Positions 8,242-17,119 of a stretch of DNA of 54,437 nt are shown here, one piece after another. Position numbers and translations under genes: made by a program. Numbering within the stretch: position 1 is the first letter of the stretch; every line of letters starts with the position of its first letter. Below the pieces are notes generated by a model. That model worked only from the letters and a program-made list of their open reading frames with translations, ran no database searches and was not told the DNA's origin. Location of the stretch: assembly GCA_016735395.1 (NCBI GenBank), contig JAERRO010000007.1:1-54437 (forward strand). Reading direction: 5' to 3'. The DNA is from Alphaproteobacteria bacterium (lineage in GTDB: Bacteria; Pseudomonadota; Alphaproteobacteria; Rs-D84; JAERRO01).

Positions 8242-9852
8242 TTATTCCTCCATCATTTTGTATATATCTAGGAGCGGGATAATTTCTTCTAGTATATTGT
8301 GAGCTGTCGGCACGACATTGTAGTATGACAATCTACTTGGCACTACACCTTTTACTGTTTGCGGTTCATCTAGTACTATTAACATTGAGTATTGCGGTTG
8401 CTGAATAGGGAGGACAACAAGAATAGAAGTATAAACAGATTTAGAATTATATTTGCCATCTTTAAATTTATTGGCTGTTCCCGTCTTCGCACCGATCGAT
8501 ATATCGAGGACTTTTACCCTAGAAGCCGTCCCCCCTTGACCTGTGGCATCGTGAAGGATCTGCAAAATTTGGCTAGAAATATGTGGCAGTAATATCCTTT
8601 CAGATTTATCTACGGATCTATTTTTCAAGAGAGAAGGTTGTATTAGCAGTCCTCCGTTGATAGTCGCATTAAAGGCGACGAGCATAGTAATCGGATTGAT
8701 TGAAAGACCATAACCGTATGATATAGACAGCGATTTATTTTTAGACCATTCTTTTGGTTCTCCTGATCTAACTAATTTTATGGAAGATACAAAATTTTGT
8801 TTTCCTATTATGCCTAACTTTTCGAAACATTTTTTCTGATTTTGGATTCCCATCTTCTCTGCGATCTTTATAGATCCTACATTAGAAGAAAACTTAAAGA
8901 TATCTTTAACAGAAAGTTCATCGTGCTTGTGTCGTCCTGCGTCCTTGACGGTAAATTTGCCTATCTTATAAGATTTAGGTATATCAAAAACTTCATCGAC
9001 GGTTACAGAATCGGTGGCTAAAGCACATGCGGTATTAAAAACTTTTAATACAGATCCAAGTTCGAACCGTCCGTCTATAGGTTCTATTCTATAGTGAGAA
9101 TTTTCATAATTTGAAACCAGAGCTATAATTTCATTAGTCTTAACATCCATAATTATTGCAAAAGCACCTTTCGCCTTAAATTTTCGAATTGCAGACTCTA
9201 GTTGATTATTCAGACTCCGTTGAATTCTAGAGTCGATAGTCAAAAAGGCATCATTTTTCTCTTTTTCAAAGAACGGGTTCAGTTTATATTCTAGTTTAGT
9301 CTTACCGGAGCAGTCGTCTGCGGTTCCTATAATATGTTCAACAGACTTAATCGGATAGATCCGTTTTTTTACGGGAATAAGTTGAACACCTTTAAAGTGT
9401 CCAATGGCCGATTTTATCTTCGTATATACTTCGATATCCACATTTCTTTTTATGTAGACGAATTTTTTATTTGCATCTAGCTTACTTAAATCTACAGACG
9501 GCAAAATACTCTTTAACTTTTTAGAGATTGTGTTAATATTTTCTACTTTATTTGGTTGTATAGCGAAGTCAAAAGCGAGAATTGATTGTGCTAAAATAAC
9601 TCCATTCCTGTCAAAAATGGTAGGTCTATAGCAACTGTCTTTTTGATATATTATGTTATTAGATGACGACGATTTAATAAATATAGTAAAAAAAGTAGAA
9701 CCTGTGAGAAAGAAACACAGGGCGAGACATGTTATATAAAAAATTTTTATTCTCTCTGTATTGAGACCACTAGGAGTACGATCTTGCAAAAAATGTTTAA
9801 TTTCCTTACCTACATTAAAGTCGTCAGTCCTATTCTTAACCATATTATTCAT
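8242..9852 (-). CDS. ftsI: Penicillin-binding protein FtsI (PBP3)
   Basis: DRNG..LA, SxxK (SVLK), SxN (SSN), KTGT; follows ftsL. Confidence 0.92.
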   Translation of the reverse strand: MNNMVKNRTDDFNVGKEIKHFLQDRTPSGLNTERIKIFYITCLALCFFLTGSTFFTIFIKSSSSNNIIYQKDSCYRPTIFDRNGVILAQSILAFDFAIQPNKVENINTISKKLKSILPSVDLSKLDANKKFVYIKRNVDIEVYTKIKSAIGHFKGVQLIPVKKRIYPIKSVEHIIGTADDCSGKTKLEYKLNPFFEKEKNDAFLTIDSRIQRSLNNQLESAIRKFKAKGAFAIIMDVKTNEIIALVSNYENSHYRIEPIDGRFELGSVLKVFNTACALATDSVTVDEVFDIPKSYKIGKFTVKDAGRHKHDELSVKDIFKFSSNVGSIKIAEKMGIQNQKKCFEKLGIIGKQNFVSSIKLVRSGEPKEWSKNKSLSISYGYGLSINPITMLVAFNATINGGLLIQPSLLKNRSVDKSERILLPHISSQILQILHDATGQGGTASRVKVLDISIGAKTGTANKFKDGKYNSKSVYTSILVVLPIQQPQYSMLIVLDEPQTVKGVVPSRLSYYNVVPTAHNILEEIIPLLDIYKMMEE

Positions 9853-10132
9853 CGACTTTTTTATCTGGCAGATCGTCTATGTAGAGTGCATCGGAGAAAG
9901 TTATAGGCACAAATTTGAGGTCAAACTCTTGATTGATATTCTCTAGTATCTCGGGCTGACACTTCTGCTCTAGAGTTAACAAAAGAGTTTTATATCTATT
10001 ATCGAGGTTAGATATTTTCTTCTGATTAACGGCCACATTATATTGCAATTTTCTAGCATATGTCTGAAATACGAACAGAGCTGAAAGTTGAATTAAAAAA
10101 AGTGTAATTAAAATGGAGTTAATGATCCTCAT
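9845..10132 (-). CDS. ftsL: Cell division protein FtsL
   Basis: Single TM plus coiled coil, between rsmH and ftsI. Confidence 0.75.
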   Translation of the reverse strand: MRIINSILITLFLIQLSALFVFQTYARKLQYNVAVNQKKISNLDNRYKTLLLTLEQKCQPEILENINQEFDLKFVPITFSDALYIDDLPDKKVDE

Positions 10133-11025
10133 TTGTTTACCATTATGGCACCCCTCAACTTTGCAGATCTAGCTCTAGGGTTATGTCTAATTTCTTCGTC
10201 ATCGGGTACCATAATCTTTTTAAATAATGGTTTTAACTCTTTATTATTTTTAAAGAAGAACTTTACATATTTATCTTCGACGGAGTGAAAATCTACTACG
10301 AGAACGATGCCATTTTTCCCAAGAATTTTAACCGAGTTATTCAGTGCTATCCATAGATTATTTATTTCATCGTTAACTTCAATTCTGATCGCCTGAAATA
10401 TTCTAGTTATAGATTTAGGATGTTTTGAGACTACTTGCACGGCCGTTTTGAGGTCTGCGACGGTTGTGAGGGGTCTACTTTCTATAATAGAATCGGCAAT
10501 CTTATAAGAGGCCTTTTCTCCACCGTAATTAAAGAAGGCATCTGCCAGTTGTTTTTTCGTATAGTTATTCAAAATATATTCCGCCGATTTATCATCTAGT
10601 TTCGAGTCGGACATATCCATATCTAGCGGAGAATCATCGAACCTAAAAGAGAAACCTCTATCTTCACTATCCAGTTGCATAGAAGACATACCCAGATCAA
10701 AAATTACGAGATCTACATTTTCGATCTGTTTATATTTATCTATGTTAACAAAATTATCACAGATAAATTCAAACTTATCTACGGACTTTCTGTCGCTAAC
10801 AATTTTACGAGTATCTTGCACGAACTTTTGTATTGACTTATCTTGATCGAAGGCAAAAACTTTAGCACCTCTACCTATAAAAGCATTAGAATATCCTCCT
10901 GCTCCGAAGGTCGCATCAACGACGACTTTTTCACTCCAGTCTTCTATCTTCCATGTATCATCTAGAAGTCTCATAATGGACTTTATTAAAACAGGTTTAT
11001 GGGTCAAATTGAGGTTAGAAATCAT
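10129..11025 (-). CDS. rsmH: 16S rRNA m4C1402 methyltransferase RsmH
   Basis: HKPVL, DATFGAGG, DLGMSSMQLD, FQAIRIEVNDE, NPRARSAKLR. Confidence 0.97.
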   Translation of the reverse strand: MISNLNLTHKPVLIKSIMRLLDDTWKIEDWSEKVVVDATFGAGGYSNAFIGRGAKVFAFDQDKSIQKFVQDTRKIVSDRKSVDKFEFICDNFVNIDKYKQIENVDLVIFDLGMSSMQLDSEDRGFSFRFDDSPLDMDMSDSKLDDKSAEYILNNYTKKQLADAFFNYGGEKASYKIADSIIESRPLTTVADLKTAVQVVSKHPKSITRIFQAIRIEVNDEINNLWIALNNSVKILGKNGIVLVVDFHSVEDKYVKFFFKNNKELKPLFKKIMVPDDEEIRHNPRARSAKLRGAIMVNK

Positions 11026-11106
11026 ATCTTGAGTATAGCATAGAAGTAGATAGAAACCAAATAGCAGTTCAAAAAAAATCGCTTTGGTATTAGAAAAAAA
11101 CCGTCT

Positions 11107-11343
11107 TTAAATGTCGGCTTTATTTCTATACATTTCAGTCTTCGAGTCAAGTTCTAGTCTCTTTTCCGGAGACATCTTTCTCAATTTTATAATCATAGTT
11201 ATGAACTTCCGTTCGAATCCTGCAGATACGGCCTCTTGATAAACCGACTTAATATCGTCTTGAATATTGGCTTGATCTTGTTGTAGTAATTCTATTCTCT
11301 CTATAAATTGATTTAGAATTTCTCCAGAAATATCGTCTTGCAT
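11107..11343 (-). CDS. gapR: GapR/DUF2312 nucleoid-associated protein
   Basis: L.QFIERIE.L...DIK.VY.EA..GF...II.LRK signature. Confidence 0.85.
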   Translation of the reverse strand: MQDDISGEILNQFIERIELLQQDQANIQDDIKSVYQEAVSAGFERKFITMIIKLRKMSPEKRLELDSKTEMYRNKADI

Positions 11344-11438
11344 ATAGTATCCTTTTGTTATGATTATAAGATTTTATATTATATCACAGAAAAGAAGACA
11401 TATCAATAATCGTAGGATAAAGATTTTTTATATCTTAA

Positions 11439-13763
11439 CTAGTCGAGTTTAGCGGAGATCATCTCTTTTTTATAGCACACGATTTTATCACCGATTCTAT
11501 AGTTATTAAATGATTCTATAAACAGACCGACATCTACTCCGACTTTAGCTTCTTTAACTTCGTCCTTCTCTTTTTTCATAGCAGAAATATTACCATCGAA
11601 CAGCACTTTTTCTCCCCTAGAGATTTTAAACAGCATATCTTTTTTCATCATACCAGTCTTAACTCTAGCTCCGGCGATTTTATTTATTTTACCATAATCG
11701 AAGACTGCGATAATCTCTGCGGTTCCTATGGTAGTAATAATCTCTTCCTGTTCTAGTTTACTTTCGATATCTAGTTTAATATCTTCGACGATATTATATA
11801 TAATATTATGTTGAAGTATCTTCACATTTTTATTCTCTGCATATTTGGCGATAGCGGTAGAAGTTTTAATATTGAATGCTACAATAATAGAGCCCGTCAC
11901 AAAAGCATTATCTACATCTGATTCTGTGATTACTCCGACTGAAGTCTGAATTATATTAACTTTAGCTTTATTATATTTCAAAGCATTTATAATATCTTTA
12001 ACGGCCTCAAGAGATCCATCTACATCGGCTTTTATGATAATATTAGAATTGACTTTAGTAGAAGATATATCACTAAAGGACATCGTGGCTAAAGTGCTAG
12101 CGACATTTTCTTGTTGTTTATTCCACTCTGCGACTTCTTTAGCTATGGTGGCAGACGGCACAGCAAAAAGTCTATTCCCGGCATCTGGCATAATATCAGG
12201 GCCCGTAATTACTACAGGTTTTCCCGGCAAAATATCATTTACGGCTTTGTTATTATCGAAGATAAACCGAACAGAAGAAGCTTTAGATCCTATTACTATT
12301 GGTTGATTTCTCTTTAAAGTTCCGTTCGTAGTAATAATAGAAAGGGCTATTCCGTGTCCCTTTTGAATATAGCTTTCTACTACAACTCCGGTCGCCAAAG
12401 CATCTGGATCTGCCTTCAGATCTAGCATCTCGGCTTGTATCATAATGGTATCAAGAAGTTTATCGATATTATTATTTTCGGTAGCGGAAATTTCTACTGC
12501 GAGTACATTTCCTCCCATAGATTCTACTTGTATATCGTGAGTTAACAGATCCGTATAAACTTTATTAGCATTAAATCCTGCGACATCGTTCTTATTAACT
12601 ACAACTATCATAGTCGCATTTGCTTCTTTAATCATACGAATAGCTTCAACTGTTTGAGGTTTGATACTATCATTTCCAGCGATTACCAGCAAAACTATGT
12701 CTGCTACAGAAGCTCCTCTAGATCTCATAGCAGAGAATGTTTCATGCCCAGGAGTATCGACGAAGGTAATAAATTCTTCTTTATATTTTACTTCATAAGA
12801 GGCTATATGTTGAGTTATACCCCCTGCTTCACCTTCGACTACATTAGACTTTCTCAGTGTATCAAGCAGAGAAGTTTTCCCATGATCTACATGTCCCATA
12901 ATAGTTATTATAGGTTGTCTTTTAGTTATATTGTTTACAGGTTTCAGCATCTCTGGAAAAGGATGACTCTGTTTCAGTTTAATAGTGTGTCCAAGTTCAG
13001 TTGCTACGACGGAGGCAGTATCGAAATCGATAGAATCATTTTCTCCGACTATGATAGAATTTTTCTTCAACAGTCTAATTATATCTTTAGACTTTTCTGC
13101 TAGCCCCGTTGCAAGTTCATTGACGGTGATATTTTCTAATATCTCGACATCTTTAAAGACTTTCGCTCGTCTAACTTTAGGGCCTCTATTATGGGTTCCT
13201 CTAATAGTAGGTTCGTCCATTACCTGCGGATTTATCCTATTCAACAGATCTTTAGCAAGTATTTTACGATTGGGATTTAGCAAATCTGATGCCGAAGTTT
13301 TATTAGAATTTCTAGCAATTTTAGCTCTTCGTTTATATCTAGGACGATCTACTGTGGCAGTATTAGTAAAAACTTTAGGAGCTATTTTAGGAGTTATTTT
13401 AGGAGTATTTTTTTCATCTTTAGTCTCTACAACTTTGACTACCTTATTTTCTTCTTCAGATTCTTTAGAAAATTGTCGTTGAGCCTCTTTTAGTCTAGAA
13501 AGTCCATCGTCGTTTCCACCGATAGAGAGTGCTTTATTATCTTTAACTCGTTGCATCATAGATCTAGCATCTTGCATTCTTCTCTCTGCAGGAGACAAGT
13601 TGTCTTTATCAGAGTTATCTTTTTCTACAGGTTTACTAGTTTTCACTACGGGGTTAGCATTAAAAGTTCTTCTCTTCCTTTCCACTTGAAAAGTGCTACC
13701 TCTAGCATGATTAAAAGAACCCGTTGCCCCTTTAAGTGTTAAAGTTTTTCTTTCTGCGACCAT
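11439..13763 (-). CDS. infB: Translation initiation factor IF-2
   Basis: MGHVDHGKTSLLD, GGITQHI, DTPGHE, IKADVDGS. Confidence 0.98.
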   Translation of the reverse strand: MVAERKTLTLKGATGSFNHARGSTFQVERKRRTFNANPVVKTSKPVEKDNSDKDNLSPAERRMQDARSMMQRVKDNKALSIGGNDDGLSRLKEAQRQFSKESEEENKVVKVVETKDEKNTPKITPKIAPKVFTNTATVDRPRYKRRAKIARNSNKTSASDLLNPNRKILAKDLLNRINPQVMDEPTIRGTHNRGPKVRRAKVFKDVEILENITVNELATGLAEKSKDIIRLLKKNSIIVGENDSIDFDTASVVATELGHTIKLKQSHPFPEMLKPVNNITKRQPIITIMGHVDHGKTSLLDTLRKSNVVEGEAGGITQHIASYEVKYKEEFITFVDTPGHETFSAMRSRGASVADIVLLVIAGNDSIKPQTVEAIRMIKEANATMIVVVNKNDVAGFNANKVYTDLLTHDIQVESMGGNVLAVEISATENNNIDKLLDTIMIQAEMLDLKADPDALATGVVVESYIQKGHGIALSIITTNGTLKRNQPIVIGSKASSVRFIFDNNKAVNDILPGKPVVITGPDIMPDAGNRLFAVPSATIAKEVAEWNKQQENVASTLATMSFSDISSTKVNSNIIIKADVDGSLEAVKDIINALKYNKAKVNIIQTSVGVITESDVDNAFVTGSIIVAFNIKTSTAIAKYAENKNVKILQHNIIYNIVEDIKLDIESKLEQEEIITTIGTAEIIAVFDYGKINKIAGARVKTGMMKKDMLFKISRGEKVLFDGNISAMKKEKDEVKEAKVGVDVGLFIESFNNYRIGDKIVCYKKEMISAKLD

Positions 13764-13777
13764 GTATAAACCTCTGC

Positions 13778-15439
13778 TTAAAATTGTCTATCGTTAGTAG
13801 AATTATCTTCTTCTATATTTTCACCTTCTTCGATCTCTATCATACCTAGTATAGTTCTACACTCAAGAATGACATCCTCTGCAAATTTTGCGGATATTTC
13901 TTCATCGGGAAAAATCTCTAAAAGTTCGTCCGTAGCTAGATCTGCAAGATCTTGAATAGAGAAAACTTCATTTTCTGCTAGAGTTAAAATCTGTTTATGA
14001 TTAAGTTTATCGAATTTGATAAGATCGTCTTTGATACCTAGTTTAACAGCTTTATCTACGAATGCTTTCTGTTTTTCGGCGATAAAAGTCGTTGCTCTCT
14101 GTTGGATTTCTTCGGCGAGTTCTTGACTAAACCCTTCGATAACAGAAAATTCTTCAATAGTTACATCTACAAGATCTTTAACGGATCTAAACCCTTCGGT
14201 ATAAAGAAGTCGAGCAATGACATCGTCTATATCTAGAGCCTCTACAAACAGAGCTACTTTTTCTTTTATATCCTTTTGAAATCTTTCGGCTTCGTCGTGT
14301 TCTGAAATTATATCAACTTTCCACCCTGTCAGTTGTGAAGCTAGTCTAACATTTTGTCCTTTTCTACCGATAGCGATAGATTGTTGATCTTCGGCTACAA
14401 CGACTTCTGCTTTTTGATTTTCTTCGTCTAGAATTATCTTTTGGACTTTTGCTGGTTGAATAGCTTGAGCTATAAACATAGCTGGATCTTCGGACCACAC
14501 GATGACATCAATTTTTTCACCTTGAAGTTCGTTAACAATAGAGTTAATTCTCACTCCCTTCATACCGACGAGGACACCGACGGGATCTAGATAATCATCT
14601 TGAGATATGACACTAATCTTTGCATGCGACCCAGGTTCTCTAGCGATAGATTTAATCTGTACGATACCTTCGTATACTTCTGGCACTTCCATAGCAAAAA
14701 GTCTTTCCATAAATTTAGGGTGTGTCCTAGACAACAATATAGAAGGGCCCGAGACATTTTTATTCACATCAATAACCAACGAAGAAATTCTCTCTCCAGG
14801 TCTAAAAGATTCTCTAGCTATCATTTCGTCTCTACGAAGCATAGCCTCTATATGTGGTGTAAGTTCTACCCATACATTACCGTATTCTATTCTTTTAACA
14901 GTTCCAGAAACGATTTCTCCAACTTTTCCGTTAAACTCTGCAAATTGTTTATCTTTCTGTAGCATTTTAATTCTTTGCATAAGAATTTGTCTAGCCTGCA
15001 TAGAAGAGTGTCTAGTAAAAGTCGGCAGAGGGATATCTTCTGACAAGACTTGTCCTATAGATATATCTTTGTTCTCTTTTCCAGCTTCTTTTAGTGTGAT
15101 ATGTTTATAAAAGTCAAAAATGAGTGGTACTTCTGATTCTCCGATTGCGAGTTCATCTCCGAAGTTTTTCTCTAGTATATAGTCGTCTTCTGGTTCTATT
15201 TTTTTATTTGGCAGGTCATCGTCGACTACTGTCATATTTTTAAATAGTTTAATAGTCCCGTCGTCTCTATTCACGGACACAGATAGATCTAGATTTCCTC
15301 CGTATGCAGAAATACATACTTGAGAGATGGTAGACTCCAAAACGTGAAATAGATCGTTAACTTCTATACCTATTTCTTCAGAGATTCTTTTTATATCGAA
15401 GATAAGTTCTTGTAGAGGAAAAGTTCCAATTGAAGACAT
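13778..15439 (-). CDS. nusA: Transcription factor NusA
   Basis: S1/KH motifs LSRTHP, EVPEV, GEKID, AIGRKGQNVRLAS; C-terminal acidic repeats. Confidence 0.97.
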   Translation of the reverse strand: MSSIGTFPLQELIFDIKRISEEIGIEVNDLFHVLESTISQVCISAYGGNLDLSVSVNRDDGTIKLFKNMTVVDDDLPNKKIEPEDDYILEKNFGDELAIGESEVPLIFDFYKHITLKEAGKENKDISIGQVLSEDIPLPTFTRHSSMQARQILMQRIKMLQKDKQFAEFNGKVGEIVSGTVKRIEYGNVWVELTPHIEAMLRRDEMIARESFRPGERISSLVIDVNKNVSGPSILLSRTHPKFMERLFAMEVPEVYEGIVQIKSIAREPGSHAKISVISQDDYLDPVGVLVGMKGVRINSIVNELQGEKIDVIVWSEDPAMFIAQAIQPAKVQKIILDEENQKAEVVVAEDQQSIAIGRKGQNVRLASQLTGWKVDIISEHDEAERFQKDIKEKVALFVEALDIDDVIARLLYTEGFRSVKDLVDVTIEEFSVIEGFSQELAEEIQQRATTFIAEKQKAFVDKAVKLGIKDDLIKFDKLNHKQILTLAENEVFSIQDLADLATDELLEIFPDEEISAKFAEDVILECRTILGMIEIEEGENIEEDNSTNDRQF

Positions 15440-15513
15440 TATAAACTCCTTTTTTTTAATATTAGTCCTAAAGTTTTCTATTAAGACTCTAGACTTCGGT
15501 TATAACTAGCAAC

Positions 15514-15536
15514 AAAAAAAGATGCTTTTAGCATCT
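15514..15536 (-). terminator. Terminator-like hairpin between rho and nusA
   Basis: Minus strand AGATGC-TAAAA-GCATCT followed by a T run. Confidence 0.55.
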
Positions 15537-15565
15537 CTCAAGTTTCCGGTTAAAATTATAATTAT

Positions 15566-15594
15566 ATAATACACCAAAATTTACCATAAGTCAA
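15566..15594 (-). promoter_or_regulatory. Putative nusA promoter
   Basis: Minus strand TTGACT, 17 nt, TATTAT. Confidence 0.5.
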
Positions 15595-15619
15595 GCCTTA
15601 CAATCTTATATATTTAATA

Positions 15620-16906
15620 TTAACTTCTATTCATAAGTTCGAAGAACCCTTGATTAGATTTAGTACTTTTAATTTTATCTAGTAAAAATTCTATGGCATC
15701 TACTGGTGTCATAGGATTAAGAATTCGACGAAGCACCCAAAGTTTAGCGAGTTCGTCTTTATCTATGAGCAGTTCTTCTTTTCTAGTCGCAGATTTGACG
15801 ATATCGATGGCAGGGTAAACTCTACGGTCGGCAATTTTTCTATTTAGAAGTATCTCGGAATTACCTGTACCTTTAAACTCTTCGAAGATAACTTCGTCCA
15901 TTTTAGAACCGGTCTCGATAAGAGCAGTAGCTATAATAGTCAGAGATCCACCCTCTTCTATATTTCGAGCCGCCCCAAAGAACCTTTTAGGTTTTTGCAA
16001 TGCGGAGACATCTACTCCACCTGAAAGCACCTTACCCGAGGACGGCACGGCCGTATTATAAGCTCTAGCAAGTCTAGTAATAGAGTCCAGCAAAACTATA
16101 ACATCTTTTCCGTATTCTACGAGCCTTTTAGCCTTTTCTATAACCATCTCTGCGACACGGATATGTTGAGAGGCAGGTTCATCGAAGGTAGAAGAAATAA
16201 CTTCACCTCTAACAGTCCTCTGCATATCGGTAACTTCTTCAGGTCGTTCGTCTACTAGTAGAACAAACAACTTCACATCTGGATAATTCTCATTGATAGA
16301 TTGAGCTATAGATTGTAATAGCATAGTTTTACCTGTCTTCGGCGGAGCTACTATCAGAGACCTCTGTCCCTTTCCTGTAGGAGAGATAATATCGATGACT
16401 CTTCCAGGAACACCTGCTAGATTTTTCTTTGGATCATCTTTATGTTCGACCTCTAGTTTCCACTTTTCTTGTGGGTATAGAGGGGTTAGATCTTCGAATC
16501 TAATTCTATGTTTAAGATCTTGAACAGGTTTTTCATTAACATTCTCTACAGATTGAACAGAAAAGTAATTTTCTCCATCGAGAGGCGGTTTAACTACACA
16601 CTGAATATTATCTCCTGTCTTTAGACCTAGAGATCTTATAAAATTGTTAGGCACATATATATCGTCTGGCGAGGCTAAATAATTAGACTCTAGAGATCTT
16701 ATAAAGCCGTATCTTTCTGGAAGTATATGAATAGTCCCTTCCCCATGGATCTCGGCAGACTCATCTTCGGCCCACTTTTTCAGTATTTCTACTCGCAGTC
16801 TTTTTACTCCTAGTTGAGAAGAGTTTTCTATATTGAGTTCTTCTGCTATGGAAATAAGTTTACTAGCAGATTGACTTTTGAGGTCTTGAATAAATAGTGT
16901 TTTCAT
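15620..16906 (-). CDS. rho: Transcription termination factor Rho
   Basis: [44 protein letters not shown]. Confidence 0.99.
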   Translation of the reverse strand: MKTLFIQDLKSQSASKLISIAEELNIENSSQLGVKRLRVEILKKWAEDESAEIHGEGTIHILPERYGFIRSLESNYLASPDDIYVPNNFIRSLGLKTGDNIQCVVKPPLDGENYFSVQSVENVNEKPVQDLKHRIRFEDLTPLYPQEKWKLEVEHKDDPKKNLAGVPGRVIDIISPTGKGQRSLIVAPPKTGKTMLLQSIAQSINENYPDVKLFVLLVDERPEEVTDMQRTVRGEVISSTFDEPASQHIRVAEMVIEKAKRLVEYGKDVIVLLDSITRLARAYNTAVPSSGKVLSGGVDVSALQKPKRFFGAARNIEEGGSLTIIATALIETGSKMDEVIFEEFKGTGNSEILLNRKIADRRVYPAIDIVKSATRKEELLIDKDELAKLWVLRRILNPMTPVDAIEFLLDKIKSTKSNQGFFELMNRS

Positions 16907-17119
16907 CGTTTTCCTTTATATTGAGGGCAAGATTATCATTTTTATATATTTATTATGGTTATTGATTTAATATAAAAGATATCGATTAACAGAGAACGGT
17001 GTCTCTTCGTAATGTATTTGATTATAGTATTGAAAAAATCAAAGTCAAGTATATTTTAGTTGAAAACACAGAAAAAAGTCCTATATATAACATATCAGGA
17101 AATTGCAAGGAGAGTATTG

